DNA from: an uncultured Erysipelotrichaceae bacterium
GTDB taxonomy: Bacteria; Bacillota_I; Bacilli_A; RFN20; CAG-826
NCBI GenBank assembly: GCA_902785645.1
Contig: CACZZG010000002.1
Coordinates: forward strand, 88,226 to 152,225
Reading direction: 5' to 3'
Length of the DNA: 64,000 nucleotides
Made by a program: the position numbers and the translations under genes. Shown here one piece after another: positions 41,547 through 50,272 of the stretch (within the stretch, counting starts at the first letter, position 1; each line of letters opens with the position of its first letter). The notes under the pieces are model-generated. The model searched no databases, was not told the DNA's origin, and saw nothing but the letters and a program-made list of their open reading frames with translations.

Positions 41547-42800
41547 ATGGCGAACACAAGATTTGTACTCGGTTATAAATGCACATTATGTGGCAAAACC
41601 TTTAAAGAAGATGAAGCTAATTTAACTTGTCCAGAATGTGGAGAAAAAGGAATTCTCGATGTCGTTTTTGACTATAAATCACTCAAAAAAGTCTTAAATC
41701 TTGAATATTTTAAGCAAAATAAGGACTTTTCAATGTGGAGATACGCTCCACTAATGGGTGTTAGTGAAGAACACATTGGTGAGATGTTACGCATTGGTTG
41801 GACACCTTTAATTAGAAGTCATAACTTAGCAAAACTATTAGGGCTTAAAGAATTATATATTAAAGATGATGGCCTTAATCCATCAGGTTCAAGTAAAGAT
41901 AGAGCCAGTGGTGTAGCGGTGTTAAAAGCCATTGAAGCAGGAGCAAAAGTTATTTCTTGTTCCTCAACTGGTAATGCCGCAAGTAGTTGTGCATGTCACG
42001 CTGCACACATGGGTTTACCCGCGGTTATCTTTGTTCCAAAAAGAGCGCCAATTGGTAAAACCACACAAATATGTTTATATGGAGCAACTTTAATTAAAGT
42101 TGATGGAGATTATAAAGCTGCTTTCCAACTATCCAAAGCTGCGATTGAAAAATATGGTTGGTATAACCGTAATGCAGCCATTAATCCATGGATGGTTGAA
42201 GGCAAAAAGACTGTCTCATTAGAGATAGCGGAACAATTAGGATTTAAACCCACTGATTGGATATGTGTCTCAGTTGGAGACGGATGCACAGTCGGAGGTG
42301 TTTATAAAGGATTTCATGATCTAAAGGAATTGGGATTAATTGATAGGATCCCTCGTATTCTTGCTGTACAAAGTACAGGATGTGAGCCATTCGTTATTGC
42401 GGATCATAATAACGAACCACTAAAAGAAGCAGAAGAGAATACGATTGCTGATAGCATTGCTGTTGGCATTCCACGCAATCCGATTAAGGCTATTAATGCG
42501 GTAAAGAATAGTCATGGTGTTTGGATATCGGTTCCAGACAGCGACATTCTTGAGGTAGAAGCCTTGCTAGGTCGTACTGAAGGTATCTTCGGAGAACCAG
42601 CGGGAGTTGCCTCACTTGCCGGATTAATGAAGGCATTAAAAGACGGAATCATAAGAAATGATGAATCCGTGACCTTCATTGTCACCGGAAACGGACTCAA
42701 AGATCCGGCAAATGCACAAAAGGCAATTGCCCAACCCGAAGTGATGAAACCCGATCTAGCATGTCTAGATAGATATTTAAAAGAAAAGGAGATTATTTAG
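41547..42800 (+). CDS. Threonine-synthase-like fold-type-II PLP enzyme with an N-terminal zinc ribbon
   Basis: CTLCGK...CPECGEKG ribbon. The PLP-Lys motif is NPSGSSKDRASG (canonical threonine synthase has GSFKDRG). SSTGNAA and a glycine-rich loop VGDGCTVGG. Confidence 0.72.
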   Translation: MANTRFVLGYKCTLCGKTFKEDEANLTCPECGEKGILDVVFDYKSLKKVLNLEYFKQNKDFSMWRYAPLMGVSEEHIGEMLRIGWTPLIRSHNLAKLLGLKELYIKDDGLNPSGSSKDRASGVAVLKAIEAGAKVISCSSTGNAASSCACHAAHMGLPAVIFVPKRAPIGKTTQICLYGATLIKVDGDYKAAFQLSKAAIEKYGWYNRNAAINPWMVEGKKTVSLEIAEQLGFKPTDWICVSVGDGCTVGGVYKGFHDLKELGLIDRIPRILAVQSTGCEPFVIADHNNEPLKEAEENTIADSIAVGIPRNPIKAINAVKNSHGVWISVPDSDILEVEALLGRTEGIFGEPAGVASLAGLMKALKDGIIRNDESVTFIVTGNGLKDPANAQKAIAQPEVMKPDLACLDRYLKEKEII

Positions 42801-44186
42801 ATGCCAAAAGCAAAAATTCCATTTGGTCCAACATATGACGAAATGTTGAACCCATCTCACCAAGATAAAGAAGTGAGAAAGTTAGCGGAAAAAGCATTAA
42901 AAGAGAATGAACTCGATCCAATCAACCTCTTTAACATCACCTGGAAAAATAGTAAGGATGGTACAGTTAACAAAATTGTTCTTCCTAAAGAATTAACCGG
43001 TGTCGATGCAAATATCGTCGTCTTATTAGGAAAATATTTCCCATCAGGATCACATAAAGTCGGTCCTGCTTACGCCACCCTTATGGAAGGATGTGTTGAT
43101 GGAGAAATCATTCCTGGTAAACATACTATTTTAGGTCCTTCTACTGGCAACTTTGGTATTGGTGTTAGTTATATAACTAACTTAATGAAATATGACGCAA
43201 TCGTCATCATGCCAGACAACATGTCTAAAGAAAGATATGAAAGAATTCAAAAATATGGTGCTAAACTCGATTTAACACCTGGTAGTGAATCTGACGTTAT
43301 CTTAACTTTAGAGAGAACTTATGAATTAAAGAAAAACCCAAAGAACGCGACATTAGCCCAATTTGAATTATTACCAAATTATCGTTTCCATAGACACGTC
43401 ACCGGTAATTCCTGTGTTGAAGCCGTTGAAGGAATTGGTAATGGACGTATTGCTTGCTTCTGTTCCGCACCTGGTAGTGCCGGTACATTAGCCGCAGGCG
43501 ATCAAATTAAAGCCGTCTTCCCAGAATGTAAAGTTGTCGCCTTAGAACCACATGAATGTTCTACATTAACTAATGGTGGTTTAGGACAACATCGTATTGA
43601 AGGTATTGGCGATAAGATGATTACTCTTATTCACAACGCTTTAACCACAGACTTTATTACTCAAATCATCGATGACGATTGTGTCCGTGGTTTAGCGGTT
43701 ATCCATGAAGGTTCTGAAGTGTTAGAAAAACATGGTATTGATAAGAAATTAGCCGAATCAATGGTGGATCTCTTTGGTGTCTCTGGTATTTGTAATATCT
43801 TAGGCGCAATTAAGATGGCCAAATATTTAAAACTCGGACCAGAAGATAATGTAGTAACAATTGCTACAGATAGTTTTGACCGTTATCCATCAGTCATGGA
43901 AGATTTACATCGTCGTGAATTAGAAGTGACACCAAACGTCTTAGAAAGATGGTTTGAAGATGTCTTTATGGGTGCGGATACACGTTACATCCTAGATACA
44001 CGTGGTAAAGAAGCTAAAGAAGCCCTCTTCGAACAAAAAGAAAGAGACTGGTTAAAGTTTGGTTATTCTAAAGAATATTTAGATTCCATGAAGAAGATGT
44101 CCTTCTGGGAAGATGAATATAACAAGATTAAACAATACGATGAAAAGATTAAGAAATTAAGAGGAACAGAATTCGATTATGAGTAA
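42801..44186 (+). CDS. Fold-type-II PLP-dependent enzyme (cysteine-synthase/thiolase-like, 461 aa), function unknown
   Basis: [10 protein letters not shown] (PLP Lys), [10 protein letters not shown] and [12 protein letters not shown] loops. Long C-terminal extension. Confidence 0.68.
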   Translation: MPKAKIPFGPTYDEMLNPSHQDKEVRKLAEKALKENELDPINLFNITWKNSKDGTVNKIVLPKELTGVDANIVVLLGKYFPSGSHKVGPAYATLMEGCVDGEIIPGKHTILGPSTGNFGIGVSYITNLMKYDAIVIMPDNMSKERYERIQKYGAKLDLTPGSESDVILTLERTYELKKNPKNATLAQFELLPNYRFHRHVTGNSCVEAVEGIGNGRIACFCSAPGSAGTLAAGDQIKAVFPECKVVALEPHECSTLTNGGLGQHRIEGIGDKMITLIHNALTTDFITQIIDDDCVRGLAVIHEGSEVLEKHGIDKKLAESMVDLFGVSGICNILGAIKMAKYLKLGPEDNVVTIATDSFDRYPSVMEDLHRRELEVTPNVLERWFEDVFMGADTRYILDTRGKEAKEALFEQKERDWLKFGYSKEYLDSMKKMSFWEDEYNKIKQYDEKIKKLRGTEFDYE

Positions 44187-45414
44187 TGTTGATTTTAAAA
44201 AAGTTCTTGCTTTAGCAGAAAAGTATAAACCAGACATGGTTAAATTCCTTCGCGATATGGTCGCTATTCCTAGTGAATCATGCGAAGAAAGAGAAGTTGT
44301 GTTAAGAATTAAACAAGAGATGGAAAAAGTCGGTTTCGACAAAGTCGAAATTGACCCAATGGGAAACATCTTAGGCTATATTGGCCATGGTAAACACCTC
44401 ATTGGTATGGACGCACACATCGATACCGTTGGTATTGGTGAAATCAAAAACTGGACATTTGATCCATATAAAGGTTTTGAAGATGATGTTTATATCGGTG
44501 GTCGTGGAACAAGTGACCAAGAAGGTGGCATGGCCTCAATGGTCTACGCCGCAAAAATCATTAAAGAATTAGGTCTAGAAGATGACTACACATTAGTAAT
44601 TACCGGCACTGTCCAAGAAGAAGATTGCGATGGTTTATGCTGGAAATACATCATTTGTGAAGATAAAGTCAGACCAGAATTCGTCGTTTCTACAGAACCA
44701 ACAAGTTGTCAAATTTATAGAGGACATCGTGGTCGTATGGAAATCTGTGTTAATGTCCGTGGTATTTCTTGCCATGGTAGTGCACCAGAACGTGGTGATA
44801 ACGCAATCTATAAGATGGCGCCAATCATTGAACAAATTAAAGAGCTTAATGAGAAGAAACCAGAAGAAGGTGGACTTGCTTATGATCCATTCTTAGGCAA
44901 AGGTACAGTCACCATTTCTCAAATCTTCCACAAATCACCAAGCCGTTGTGCGGTCGCTGATGGATGTTGGATTTCTCTAGATAGAAGATTAACTGTTGGT
45001 GAAAATGATGTGACCTCTATCAATGAGATTAAGAACTTACCAGCCTGTAAGGCTGCTAATGCTGAAGTCTTCATGTATCAATATGAAAGACCAAGCTATA
45101 CTGGACTTAATTATCCAATCGAATGTTACTTCCCAACATGGGTCATTCCCGAAGATAGTGATTATGTCCAAGCCATGAAAGAAGGCTATGAAGGCTTATT
45201 TGAAAAAGCCCCAGTTATCGATAAATGGACATTCTCCACAAATGGTGTTGCCATTATGGGTAGATATGGAATTCCATGTATCGGATTTGGTCCTGGAGAC
45301 GAAAAAGAAGCTCACGCACCAAATGAAAAGACACGTAAACAAGACCTTGTTATTTGTGCAGCCATGTATGCGGTCTTACCAAATCTTTATCTCGCTAGAA
45401 TTGCGAAAAAATAA
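44179..45414 (+). CDS. ygeY: YgeY-like M20 family metallo-hydrolase
   Basis: N-terminus [30 protein letters not shown] and TVQEEDCDG metal ligands. 411 aa. Context with the ygeW-like gene. Confidence 0.8.
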   Translation: MSNVDFKKVLALAEKYKPDMVKFLRDMVAIPSESCEEREVVLRIKQEMEKVGFDKVEIDPMGNILGYIGHGKHLIGMDAHIDTVGIGEIKNWTFDPYKGFEDDVYIGGRGTSDQEGGMASMVYAAKIIKELGLEDDYTLVITGTVQEEDCDGLCWKYIICEDKVRPEFVVSTEPTSCQIYRGHRGRMEICVNVRGISCHGSAPERGDNAIYKMAPIIEQIKELNEKKPEEGGLAYDPFLGKGTVTISQIFHKSPSRCAVADGCWISLDRRLTVGENDVTSINEIKNLPACKAANAEVFMYQYERPSYTGLNYPIECYFPTWVIPEDSDYVQAMKEGYEGLFEKAPVIDKWTFSTNGVAIMGRYGIPCIGFGPGDEKEAHAPNEKTRKQDLVICAAMYAVLPNLYLARIAKK

Positions 45415-45441
45415 TGAAAATATAGGAGTTTTACAGTAATT

Positions 45442-46452
45442 ATGCAAAAAATTGAACCAAGATTTGCAGGTCGTCACCTCATCACATTAGAAGATTTCAC
45501 CAAAGAAGAAATCGACTACATGCTCAAAGTATCAAGAGAATTAAAAGATGCTTTCTACGCTAACGAAGAAACCCAATGGTTAGTGGGTAAAACCGGTTTC
45601 TTAATGTTCTTTGAACAATCCACAAGAACCAGAAACTCATTTGAAAGTGGTATGGCCCAATTAGGTGGTCACGCCACATTCTTAGATACATCTATGATGC
45701 AAATTGCTCATGGTGAATCTGCAAAAGATACAGCCACAATCTTATCATCATTCGGTCATATGATTGCTTGCCGTTATTGCAACTGGGGACTAGGAAATAA
45801 ATACATTCGTGAAATGGCGAAATGGTCAACAGTCCCAATCATCAACTTGCAATGTGACTTATATCACCCAATGCAAGCCCTTGCCGATTTAATGACAATT
45901 GAAGATGAATTTGGTAAAACCAAAAACCTCAAAGTTTCTGTCATTTGGGCAATGGCCACAACACACAAGAAACCAATTTCTGTTCCTGTTAGCCAAGTCT
46001 TATTATTCCCACGTTATGGAATTGATGTGACATTAGCTTATCCAGAAGGTTATGACTTACCAGATTGGGTTATCGAAAAAGCGAGAAAGAACGCTGCTGA
46101 AAATGGCGGATCATTAACCATCACACATGATATGGAAGCCGCTTATAGAGATGCAGATGTCGTCTTCCCAAAGAACTGGGGTAGTTGGGTTACCAATCAA
46201 TCCACAACAGTTGTCGATGATGCTTTATTAGCTTTAAAAGCTTGGAAGTGCACACCAGAAATGATGAAACTTGCTAAACCAAGCTGCCGCTATATGCACG
46301 CATTACCAGCGGATAGAGTTAACGAAGTAGTGGATGAAGTTATTGATGGTCCACAATCAGTTGTTTACGAAGAAGCTGAAAATAGAATTCATACCGCTAA
46401 AGCTGTTATGGCGTTATTCGTCCATGACAAATTACCAAGCGATAGAAGATAG
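45442..46452 (+). CDS. ygeW: YgeW-like carbamoyltransferase (ATC/OTC superfamily)
   Basis: STRTR, QIAHGES, NLQCDLYHPMQALADL, GIDVTLAYPEGYDL and YMHALPAD resemble my recollection of E. coli YgeW more than OTC. At 336 aa it is shorter than YgeW. Confidence 0.72.
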   Translation: MQKIEPRFAGRHLITLEDFTKEEIDYMLKVSRELKDAFYANEETQWLVGKTGFLMFFEQSTRTRNSFESGMAQLGGHATFLDTSMMQIAHGESAKDTATILSSFGHMIACRYCNWGLGNKYIREMAKWSTVPIINLQCDLYHPMQALADLMTIEDEFGKTKNLKVSVIWAMATTHKKPISVPVSQVLLFPRYGIDVTLAYPEGYDLPDWVIEKARKNAAENGGSLTITHDMEAAYRDADVVFPKNWGSWVTNQSTTVVDDALLALKAWKCTPEMMKLAKPSCRYMHALPADRVNEVVDEVIDGPQSVVYEEAENRIHTAKAVMALFVHDKLPSDRR

Positions 46453-46466
46453 TCATAAATAGAAAA

Positions 46467-46503
46467 CGAGGCGGTTTCCTTAATGGAAATTTGCCTCGCT
46501 TTC
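46467..46503 (+). terminator. Long hairpin after the operon (weak terminator or processing element)
   Basis: CGAGGC(46467-72)...GCCTCG(46493-98) with an inner TTTCC/GGAAA helix. The tail CTTTC is a poor U-run. Confidence 0.45.
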
Positions 46504-46556
46504 AGGGCTTCTCCTTGACAAAGCCACCTTGATAATTCAATATAATAATAGAGTGG

Positions 46557-46577
46557 GGTCCCGTATGGGACCTTTTT
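46557..46577 (+). terminator. Strong rho-independent terminator
   Basis: GGTCCC-GTAT-GGGACC followed by TTTTT. It also sits 7 nt past the stop of the minus-strand small ORF. Confidence 0.65.
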
Positions 46578-46583
46578 CTTTAT

Positions 46584-46697
46584 CTATTTTTCAATAGACA
46601 AACCAACACTATTAATAGTATTAATATTATACAGATGGTTTCCATCAGTATACCCTTTCCAGGGCATGGAGAAGGCCTGAAGTTGTAATTTGCTCAT
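46584..46697 (-). CDS. Candidate 37-aa small protein (unannotated, below the track cutoff)
   Basis: Hand translation: MSKLQLQAFSMPWKGYTDGNHLYNINTINSVGLSIEK*. AAGGAGA lies 9 nt upstream. The start codon sits in the loop of an 8-bp hairpin (46675-46682 / 46710-46717). A hairpin follows the stop. Confidence 0.3.
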   Translation of the reverse strand: MSKLQLQAFSMPWKGYTDGNHLYNINTINSVGLSIEK

Positions 46698-46879
46698 AGA
46701 ACAAATCTCCTTCAGGCGGCTTTAGGCCCTCCTACCAACTAATAGGGAAAACTGAGGAAATTTTTTTCATTAAATTTTCATTATATTTTTTAATCAAAGA
46801 TTACTTTATATAATAATTATTCAAATTTATTTAGAATTACTTATTAACCTATATAACACGAAAAATTAATAAAATGACT

Positions 46880-46908
46880 TTGCTATTAACAAAATTTTTT
46901 GTTATTAT
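46880..46908 (+). promoter_or_regulatory. Promoter of rpmE
   Basis: -35 TTGCTA (46880-85), 17-nt spacer, extended -10 TGtTATTAT (46900-08). Confidence 0.55.
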
Positions 46909-46963
46909 CATTAAGCAAACTTTCTTTGGGCGAAGTACTGCTCAAGGCGGAAGGAGACAATTT

Positions 46964-47176
46964 ATGAAAGAAAAGATTCATCCAAATTATCAACGTTGCA
47001 CAGTTACATGTATCTCCTGTGGCGCTACATTCGAAACAGGTTCAACATTAAAAGAAATTAAAGTTGATACATGCAGCAATTGCCACCCATTCTATACTGG
47101 CAAACAAAGATTCGTGCAATCTGATGGTCGTGTCGCTAAATTCAATCGTAAATACGGTTTAGAAGACAAGAAATAA
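46964..47176 (+). CDS. rpmE: 50S ribosomal protein L31 (Zn-ribbon type A)
   Basis: [10 protein letters not shown]..., CxxC...CxxC ([17 protein letters not shown]). GGAAGGAG RBS. The track start at 46874 is an upstream artefact. Confidence 0.92.
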   Translation: MKEKIHPNYQRCTVTCISCGATFETGSTLKEIKVDTCSNCHPFYTGKQRFVQSDGRVAKFNRKYGLEDKK

Positions 47177-47196
47177 TTAAACATATTGATTAAGAT

Positions 47197-47222
47197 ACCG
47201 CTCAAATGGGGCGGTTTTTTCT
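47197..47222 (+). terminator. Terminator after rpmE
   Basis: CCGCTC-AAATG-GGGCGG hairpin followed by TTTTTT. Confidence 0.65.
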
Positions 47223-47270
47223 TTTAATTTTTATAATGATTTTTATAATATAAATTAGCAGGTAAATAAT

Positions 47271-48617
47271 ATGAAAAAATGTTTGAAATGTAACAAAGTA
47301 TTTTTAGATGATTCTTTATATTGTCCAGAATGTGGAGAATTATTGATTTCAGATGACAGTTGTCCTTCTTGTCATAAAGAAGTTAAACCAGATGACAAAT
47401 ATTGTCGTTATTGTGGAACAAAAATTAATAGAATCCATGTTTGCAGTCAATGTGGTAAGCAACTTGAAGGTGACGAAAGTTTTTGTTCTAAATGTGGAAC
47501 TAAGCTAGAAGGTCCTGGTTTTATTTTAAATAAAAAACACCGCTCAAAAGGTGATGATGGTGATAGTAATACTAAAAAGGAGTCAATCATCAATTACATC
47601 CTTTATGGAGTTATAGCAGTAGTTGCCATTTTATTAGTAATTGGCATGTTTGGCGATATAGTGACTGCATCAACTGGCAAGATTAAGAATAGCCAAACCA
47701 TCAGCTATTTCTTTGGCGAAGGTGCCAGAAACCTTGAGACCATTAAAAGCGCTTACAAATATCCAGAATACTATAATTTTGTTTTTTCAATATTCGTAAT
47801 TGAAAATATTTTATATTTTGTTGGACTCGTTGGCTTGATTTCATCGATTGGTTATGCTTGTTTTGCTATTTATAAATCTTTTAAAGAAAAAACGAGAATG
47901 AAATCTTCTCCAATCATATTTATGGCCATTAGTGTTTTGCCTTATGTAGCGGTAGTTGGAATAAACTCATTGATAAGTCTTAAAGGAATGGACGGATTAA
48001 TATCTGTTTCTAGTGTTTTTGGATGGGGTCCTACTTTATTAATTGTCGGAACGATGATAGGTCTTGCTTCTATTAGCTTCCTAGATGTTTATGATAATAG
48101 AAGTGATATTCGCAAAATTATCTCTTCTATTGCAATCAATGCGGCCGGAATATTATCAGCTATTATACTTGTTTGCGGATTAGCGCATGCGGTTTGTGTA
48201 TCAACAAAATATACTGCAAACAACAGTTCAATTGAGGTCGGCGGGTTCTATTTATTATCGAACATAATTCAGCCATTTAGCCAAGGAACAATAGAAGAAT
48301 TACCAGATGGTTTTGGTTTATTATTGACCGGCTATGCTTTATCGTTTGTTGCGATTGTCTCCTTGGTGTCACAAGTATTCTTTACATTTAAGAAGAGAAA
48401 AATCTCCTCAGCAGTTTTTGCATTATTGTCCCTTGTCCTTTGCATAGTTTCGTCATCTCTTCAAATCATGGGAGAAAATAGAATTATGGAGGATTTGGCA
48501 ACACAAAGAACTTATTTAGGCTCAGGACCTATTTGTTCATTTATTCTTTCAGGCTTCATTATAATCTTTATTATCATCTCTCTTGCACTTGATGGTGCGA
48601 AGAGAAAAGAAGAATAA
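47271..48617 (+). CDS. Triple zinc-ribbon, polytopic membrane protein of unknown function
   Basis: Three CxxC-x(10-17)-CxxC ribbons in the first 80 aa (CLKCN..CPECG, CPSCH..CRYCG, CSQCG..CSKCG), followed by about 9 hydrophobic helices. Confidence 0.7.
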   Translation: MKKCLKCNKVFLDDSLYCPECGELLISDDSCPSCHKEVKPDDKYCRYCGTKINRIHVCSQCGKQLEGDESFCSKCGTKLEGPGFILNKKHRSKGDDGDSNTKKESIINYILYGVIAVVAILLVIGMFGDIVTASTGKIKNSQTISYFFGEGARNLETIKSAYKYPEYYNFVFSIFVIENILYFVGLVGLISSIGYACFAIYKSFKEKTRMKSSPIIFMAISVLPYVAVVGINSLISLKGMDGLISVSSVFGWGPTLLIVGTMIGLASISFLDVYDNRSDIRKIISSIAINAAGILSAIILVCGLAHAVCVSTKYTANNSSIEVGGFYLLSNIIQPFSQGTIEELPDGFGLLLTGYALSFVAIVSLVSQVFFTFKKRKISSAVFALLSLVLCIVSSSLQIMGENRIMEDLATQRTYLGSGPICSFILSGFIIIFIIISLALDGAKRKEE

Positions 48618-48625
48618 AATAGATT

Positions 48626-48649
48626 ACCGCTTTATGCGGTTTTCTTTTA
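48626..48649 (+). terminator. Terminator hairpin 30 nt upstream of the metG start
   Basis: ACCGC-TTTAT-GCGGT followed by TTTCTTTT. Confidence 0.6.
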
Positions 48650-48678
48650 TAATCAATATGCTAGGAGGCTCATTTGCC

Positions 48679-50271
48679 ATGGAAAAGAAAAGATTTTATA
48701 TCACCACACCAATATACTATCCAAGTGCAAGATTACATATTGGTCATGCTTATTGCACAGTTTTAACTGACATCTTTGCGCGCTATAAACGTTTAAGAGG
48801 ATTTGAATGTTTTTTCCTCACTGGTGCTGACGAACACGGACAAAAGATTGAAAAGAATGCTTTAGCAGCTGGTAAAACCCCACAACAATTTGTTGATGAT
48901 ATTGTGGAAGGATTCCATAAATTATGGACATTATTAGATATTTCTAATGATGACTTTATTAGAACCACACAAGAAAGACACGTCAAAGTGGTGCAAGATA
49001 TCTTTTCTAAGATGCTAGCAAATGACGATATCTATTTAGGTAAATATAAAGGCTGGTATTGCACACCATGTGAAGCTTTTTGGACAGATACTCAAGTTGG
49101 TACAGATCACATTTGCCCTGACTGTGGTAGACCAGTTCAAATCGCTGAAGAAGAAGCTTATTTCTTCAAGACCAAGAAATATGTCGATAAATTATTAAAA
49201 TTCTATGATGAGAATCCAAAATTCTTAGTGCCAGAATCACGTAAGAATGAAATGATAAATACATTTATCAAACCAGGATTAGATGATTTATGTGTTTCTA
49301 GAACTAGTTTCTCTTGGGGTATCCCAATTAGAGAAAATCCAAAACACGTTATCTATGTTTGGTTAGATGCCTTAACCAATTACATCACTGCGTTAGGTTA
49401 TGATAGTGACCACCCAGAACTATTTGAAAAATTCTGGCAAGATCCTGAATGTGAAACCATTCATATTTTAGGTGCGGATATTACTCGCTTCCACGCTATT
49501 TACTGGCCAATGTTCCTTGAATCATTAGGTTTAAGAAAACCAGATCGTGAATTTGTCCATGGTTTATTGATGATGAAAGATAGCAAAATGAGTAAATCTA
49601 AAGGTAATGTCGTTGATCCATATCCACTTGTGGAACACTTTGGATTAGATGCAGTGAGATATTATCTTGCTAGAGAAATAACCTTTGGACAAGATGGTAG
49701 CTTCTCCCCAGAACAATTTGTGGAAAGAGTTAATAGTGATTTAGCGAACTCTTTAGGCAACTTATTAAATAGAACTGTTTCTATGATTAACAAATACTTC
49801 GGTGGTGTAGTTCCTGCTTATAAAGGTAAAGTCACTGAATTTGATGGCAATTTAGAAAGTGTCGCAAATGAAACAGTGAAACAATATGAATCATTAATGG
49901 ATGATCTAAAAATCACAGAAGCTATTTCTGTCGTTAATGAATTAGTTAATAGAGCGAATAAATACATTGATGAAACCACACCTTGGGCTTTAGCCAAAGA
50001 TGATTCTAAACAAGAAGAACTCGCAAGTGTTATGAATCACTTAGCTAACGCAATTTATATTGCGGGTATGTTATTAAAGCCAGTATTAACAAGAGCCAGT
50101 GATAAATTATTTGCCCAACTCGGTGTTACAGGCGATTTATTAAAATATGAAAACGTCTATAAATTCGGTTGTGTAGAAAACGTCACCGTTAATAAAGGCG
50201 ATCAATTATTCCCAAGACTCGATGCCGCAGTGGAAGTGGAATTTATCCAAAATTTGATGGCGGGTAAATAG
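48679..50271 (+). CDS. metG: Methionyl-tRNA synthetase
   Basis: HIGH (RLHIGHAY), KMSKS (SKMSKSKGN) and zinc knuckles CTPCE...CPDCG. The start was moved to 48679 (AGGAGG upstream), because the 48583 start overlaps the previous gene and its terminator. Confidence 0.95.
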   Translation: MEKKRFYITTPIYYPSARLHIGHAYCTVLTDIFARYKRLRGFECFFLTGADEHGQKIEKNALAAGKTPQQFVDDIVEGFHKLWTLLDISNDDFIRTTQERHVKVVQDIFSKMLANDDIYLGKYKGWYCTPCEAFWTDTQVGTDHICPDCGRPVQIAEEEAYFFKTKKYVDKLLKFYDENPKFLVPESRKNEMINTFIKPGLDDLCVSRTSFSWGIPIRENPKHVIYVWLDALTNYITALGYDSDHPELFEKFWQDPECETIHILGADITRFHAIYWPMFLESLGLRKPDREFVHGLLMMKDSKMSKSKGNVVDPYPLVEHFGLDAVRYYLAREITFGQDGSFSPEQFVERVNSDLANSLGNLLNRTVSMINKYFGGVVPAYKGKVTEFDGNLESVANETVKQYESLMDDLKITEAISVVNELVNRANKYIDETTPWALAKDDSKQEELASVMNHLANAIYIAGMLLKPVLTRASDKLFAQLGVTGDLLKYENVYKFGCVENVTVNKGDQLFPRLDAAVEVEFIQNLMAGK

Positions 50272-50272
50272 A

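Noticed and set aside
30305-46452. Selenocysteine (in-frame TGA plus SECIS) in the selenium-associated Mo-hydroxylase locus
   Set aside because: All 14 ORFs are continuous, with no internal TGA. This matches a labile selenium cofactor rather than Sec in this enzyme class. TGA is used as an ordinary stop elsewhere, for example in psuG.
46515-46546. TTGACA ... TATAAT pair that looked like a consensus promoter firing into the 46557 terminator
   Set aside because: The spacer is 20 nt, which is too long. The resulting transcript would be only about 25 nt before the terminator. Chance occurrence is more likely. It remains possible as a weak promoter.
46584-46697. The 37-aa ORF as a type I toxin or as a transcription-attenuation leader peptide
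   Set aside because: The peptide is hydrophilic and has no TM segment. The next element downstream on its strand is a terminator, followed by the convergent end of the operon, so it has no gene to attenuate. It is kept only as a low-confidence small ORF.
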